Source: Anaerovoracaceae bacterium (lineage in GTDB: Bacteria > Bacillota > Clostridia > Lachnospirales > Lachnospiraceae). Taken from it: a DNA stretch of 57,278 nt. The notes beneath the pieces are model-generated. The model searched no databases. It was given only the letters and a program-made list of their open reading frames with translations, and was not told the DNA's origin. Positions 55,544 through 57,278 of the stretch are shown one piece after another. A program made the position numbers and the translations under genes. The DNA lies in NCBI GenBank assembly GCA_963604075.1, contig CAVCPW010000259.1, forward strand, positions 1-57,278, read 5' to 3'. Each line of letters starts with the position of its first letter. The stretch's first letter is position 1.

Positions 55544-57278
55544 ATGAAGAAATTATCTCGCAAACTGATGGCCTGGTTGATGTGTTGTGTATTCTTAGCA
55601 GCAGCAAGTCCTGTATCTGCAACTACTACCGAAGAATCAACTCCGGCAGTAAGTGAGACAGTCATTGAGCAGCAGACTGAGGGAACCACAGCTGAGCCTG
55701 AGACATCTTCTATCGCTGAAACGTCAACACAATCGACAACGATAGAAAGCACATCTACTGATGCAGGTAGCTCTGAGGAAATAACTAGTGTAGAGCCGAA
55801 TACAACTGTAGAAGCAGGCAGCTCTGAGGAAACAACCAGTGTAGAGTCGAATACAACTGTAGAAGCAGGAACAGTAGGAGGTACGACTGCAAAGGTTGCA
55901 AACACAAAAGTCTCCGAGACCGAAGCGTCTGAGTATGGTGGGCATGGTCTGAGCGGTATGGGAATTAATAGAGAAGGAGCGCGCACTACTGAGCAGGGCG
56001 GAAGTGTGACTATTTCTGTTAACAGCATGCCTAACGGTCAAGCTATTAGTTATTCATGCAGTCCGAGTACAGATGGTATAACAGTTACGTTAGATGATCA
56101 TGGTGGTCATTATGCTGCAGGTTATAATATTAATGTGGCGGATACGGTTGCTGTTGGAACATACACTTTGGTAGTAAAGTATAAAGCGTATGGGAATCCA
56201 TATTTATCAGATAGGACAGATACCGTTACTCTTACTGTTGTAGAGAAGGGGACATTAAAAGAGACAGAGAAGGCTATGATTTTCGCTTTGAAAACACCTA
56301 TTAGTGATCCGGATCAGAACAGTACAGCTGATTGGTATCCGCAGCAGGATGACTATGATGCACTTGGGACAGCTGAAGTTGATATGACAGGGGCAACATG
56401 GGTAGATGGAAAAGAAGGGTCAGAAGTTAAGGCGAAAAAGAACGTATATGATCCTGGAGACTATATTGTCAGTATGCCTGACGGTATGACCAAGCAGTCT
56501 GATGGTTCTTATTTATTGTCAAAGGAAACTTACTCTACAGCATGGAGTGAAATTTTCGAAGCATTTAAGAGTAGTGTGGAAGCAGAGTATCCGGGTATTA
56601 CTATTAGTGAGAATGATGCTGAAATTTACTTAATTCCGTATAAGATTTCACGAGATAACGATACCGATCCGGATTATCATATCGACTGCAAAGTTGGTAT
56701 AAAGGTAGATGGCGTTTATACAGCAATCTTCTGGGTTGAGATGCCTGATGGTACTCTTAAACAAGTAGATTCTGCATATTATTTGAGTACACAATCTGTA
56801 ATTAAAACAACTAAGGCACCAACAGACGCTGACGGTCAGTACCCTCAGACTTATACTGACAGTGATGGAAAAGTTTATAAGTTTGTTGGTTGGTTTACTG
56901 AAGGTAATACTAAGGTATTGGATTGCGAATGGAGTGGTGGATATGCTTCTAGTAATGGTTATTTAGAGGATGGTGTCATAAATTTCTATGCTCATTACGA
57001 GTTGGAAGAGGAAGAAACTACCACTGAGGCGGAAACCACCACAGTAGAGCCAACCACTACTGAGGAGGAGACTACTACCACAGTAGAACCGACTTTAACA
57101 GAGAAATCTATGGTTTTCGCTCTGAAAACACCTACTAGTGATCCGGATCAGAACAGTACAGATGATTGGTATCCGCAGCAAGACGACTATCATGCACTTG
57201 GAACAGCTACAGTTGATATGACGGGAGCAACATGGGTAGATGGAAAAGAAGGGTCAGAAGTTAAGGCGGAAAAGAATG
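55544..57278 (+). CDS. large secreted or cell-surface repeat protein, 5' part (no stop in the window, so missing from the ORF track)
   Basis: Manual translation gives an MKKLSRKLMAWLMCCVFLAAASPVSA signal peptide, S/T/E-rich linkers, an InlB-B/Flg_new-like YKFVGWFT...NFYAHY motif and an 834-bp internal repeat; RBS GGAGG. Confidence 0.88.
   Translation, partial: MKKLSRKLMAWLMCCVFLAAASPVSATTTEESTPAVSETVIEQQTEGTTAEPETSSIAETSTQSTTIESTSTDAGSSEEITSVEPNTTVEAGSSEETTSVESNTTVEAGTVGGTTAKVANTKVSETEASEYGGHGLSGMGINREGARTTEQGGSVTISVNSMPNGQAISYSCSPSTDGITVTLDDHGGHYAAGYNINVADTVAVGTYTLVVKYKAYGNPYLSDRTDTVTLTVVEKGTLKETEKAMIFALKTPISDPDQNSTADWYPQQDDYDALGTAEVDMTGATWVDGKEGSEVKAKKNVYDPGDYIVSMPDGMTKQSDGSYLLSKETYSTAWSEIFEAFKSSVEAEYPGITISENDAEIYLIPYKISRDNDTDPDYHIDCKVGIKVDGVYTAIFWVEMPDGTLKQVDSAYYLSTQSVIKTTKAPTDADGQYPQTYTDSDGKVYKFVGWFTEGNTKVLDCEWSGGYASSNGYLEDGVINFYAHYELEEEETTTEAETTTVEPTTTEEETTTTVEPTLTEKSMVFALKTPTSDPDQNSTDDWYPQQDDYHALGTATVDMTGATWVDGKEGSEVKAEKN

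Noticed and set aside
56264..57278. Diversity-generating retroelement TR/VR pair
   Set aside because: Both copies are in frame in one ORF, the mismatches include T/C and G/C changes rather than adenine-only changes, and no reverse transcriptase is present.

Overview
57.3-kb chromosomal window from a low-GC Firmicute; gene content and sigma-A promoters suggest a Lachnospiraceae-like anaerobe (inference). It is mostly metabolic and housekeeping DNA: a partial SLC13-type permease and LysR, a Trp T-box-controlled trpEGDCBA operon that lacks trpF, tRNA-Gln(CTG), MarR and two MATE pumps, proC, an AT-richer lipoprotein + secreted nuclease pair, an AdhR-like MerR with an aldo-keto reductase, rmlB-rmlD, a MerR-methyltransferase fusion, GH31, thrH, eda-kdgK, a purine permease/MocA/xanthine-dehydrogenase-family cluster, a CbpA-type DnaJ, pckA, a PL11-like protein with a RhaM-like neighbour, msrC, a B12 radical SAM enzyme, GH51 and GH120, rplY, and the start of a large repeat-containing surface protein. 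I found no integrase, transposase, cas gene or reverse transcriptase. The strongest candidate for an undescribed system is a TipA/Mta-type MerR fused to a SAM-methyltransferase domain, directly upstream of rmlB-rmlD, whose promoter has the MerR-diagnostic 19-bp spacer and a perfect TipA/Mta-like palindrome. Other leads are several families of dispersed intergenic palindromes (a GTAG REP-like repeat in 5 copies and solo IS200/IS605-end-like hairpins), a promoter motif shared by cbpA and rplY, a G7 tract in the surface-protein promoter spacer, and tandem duplications anchored on stop codons. All product calls come from motif recognition by eye; no database search was run.
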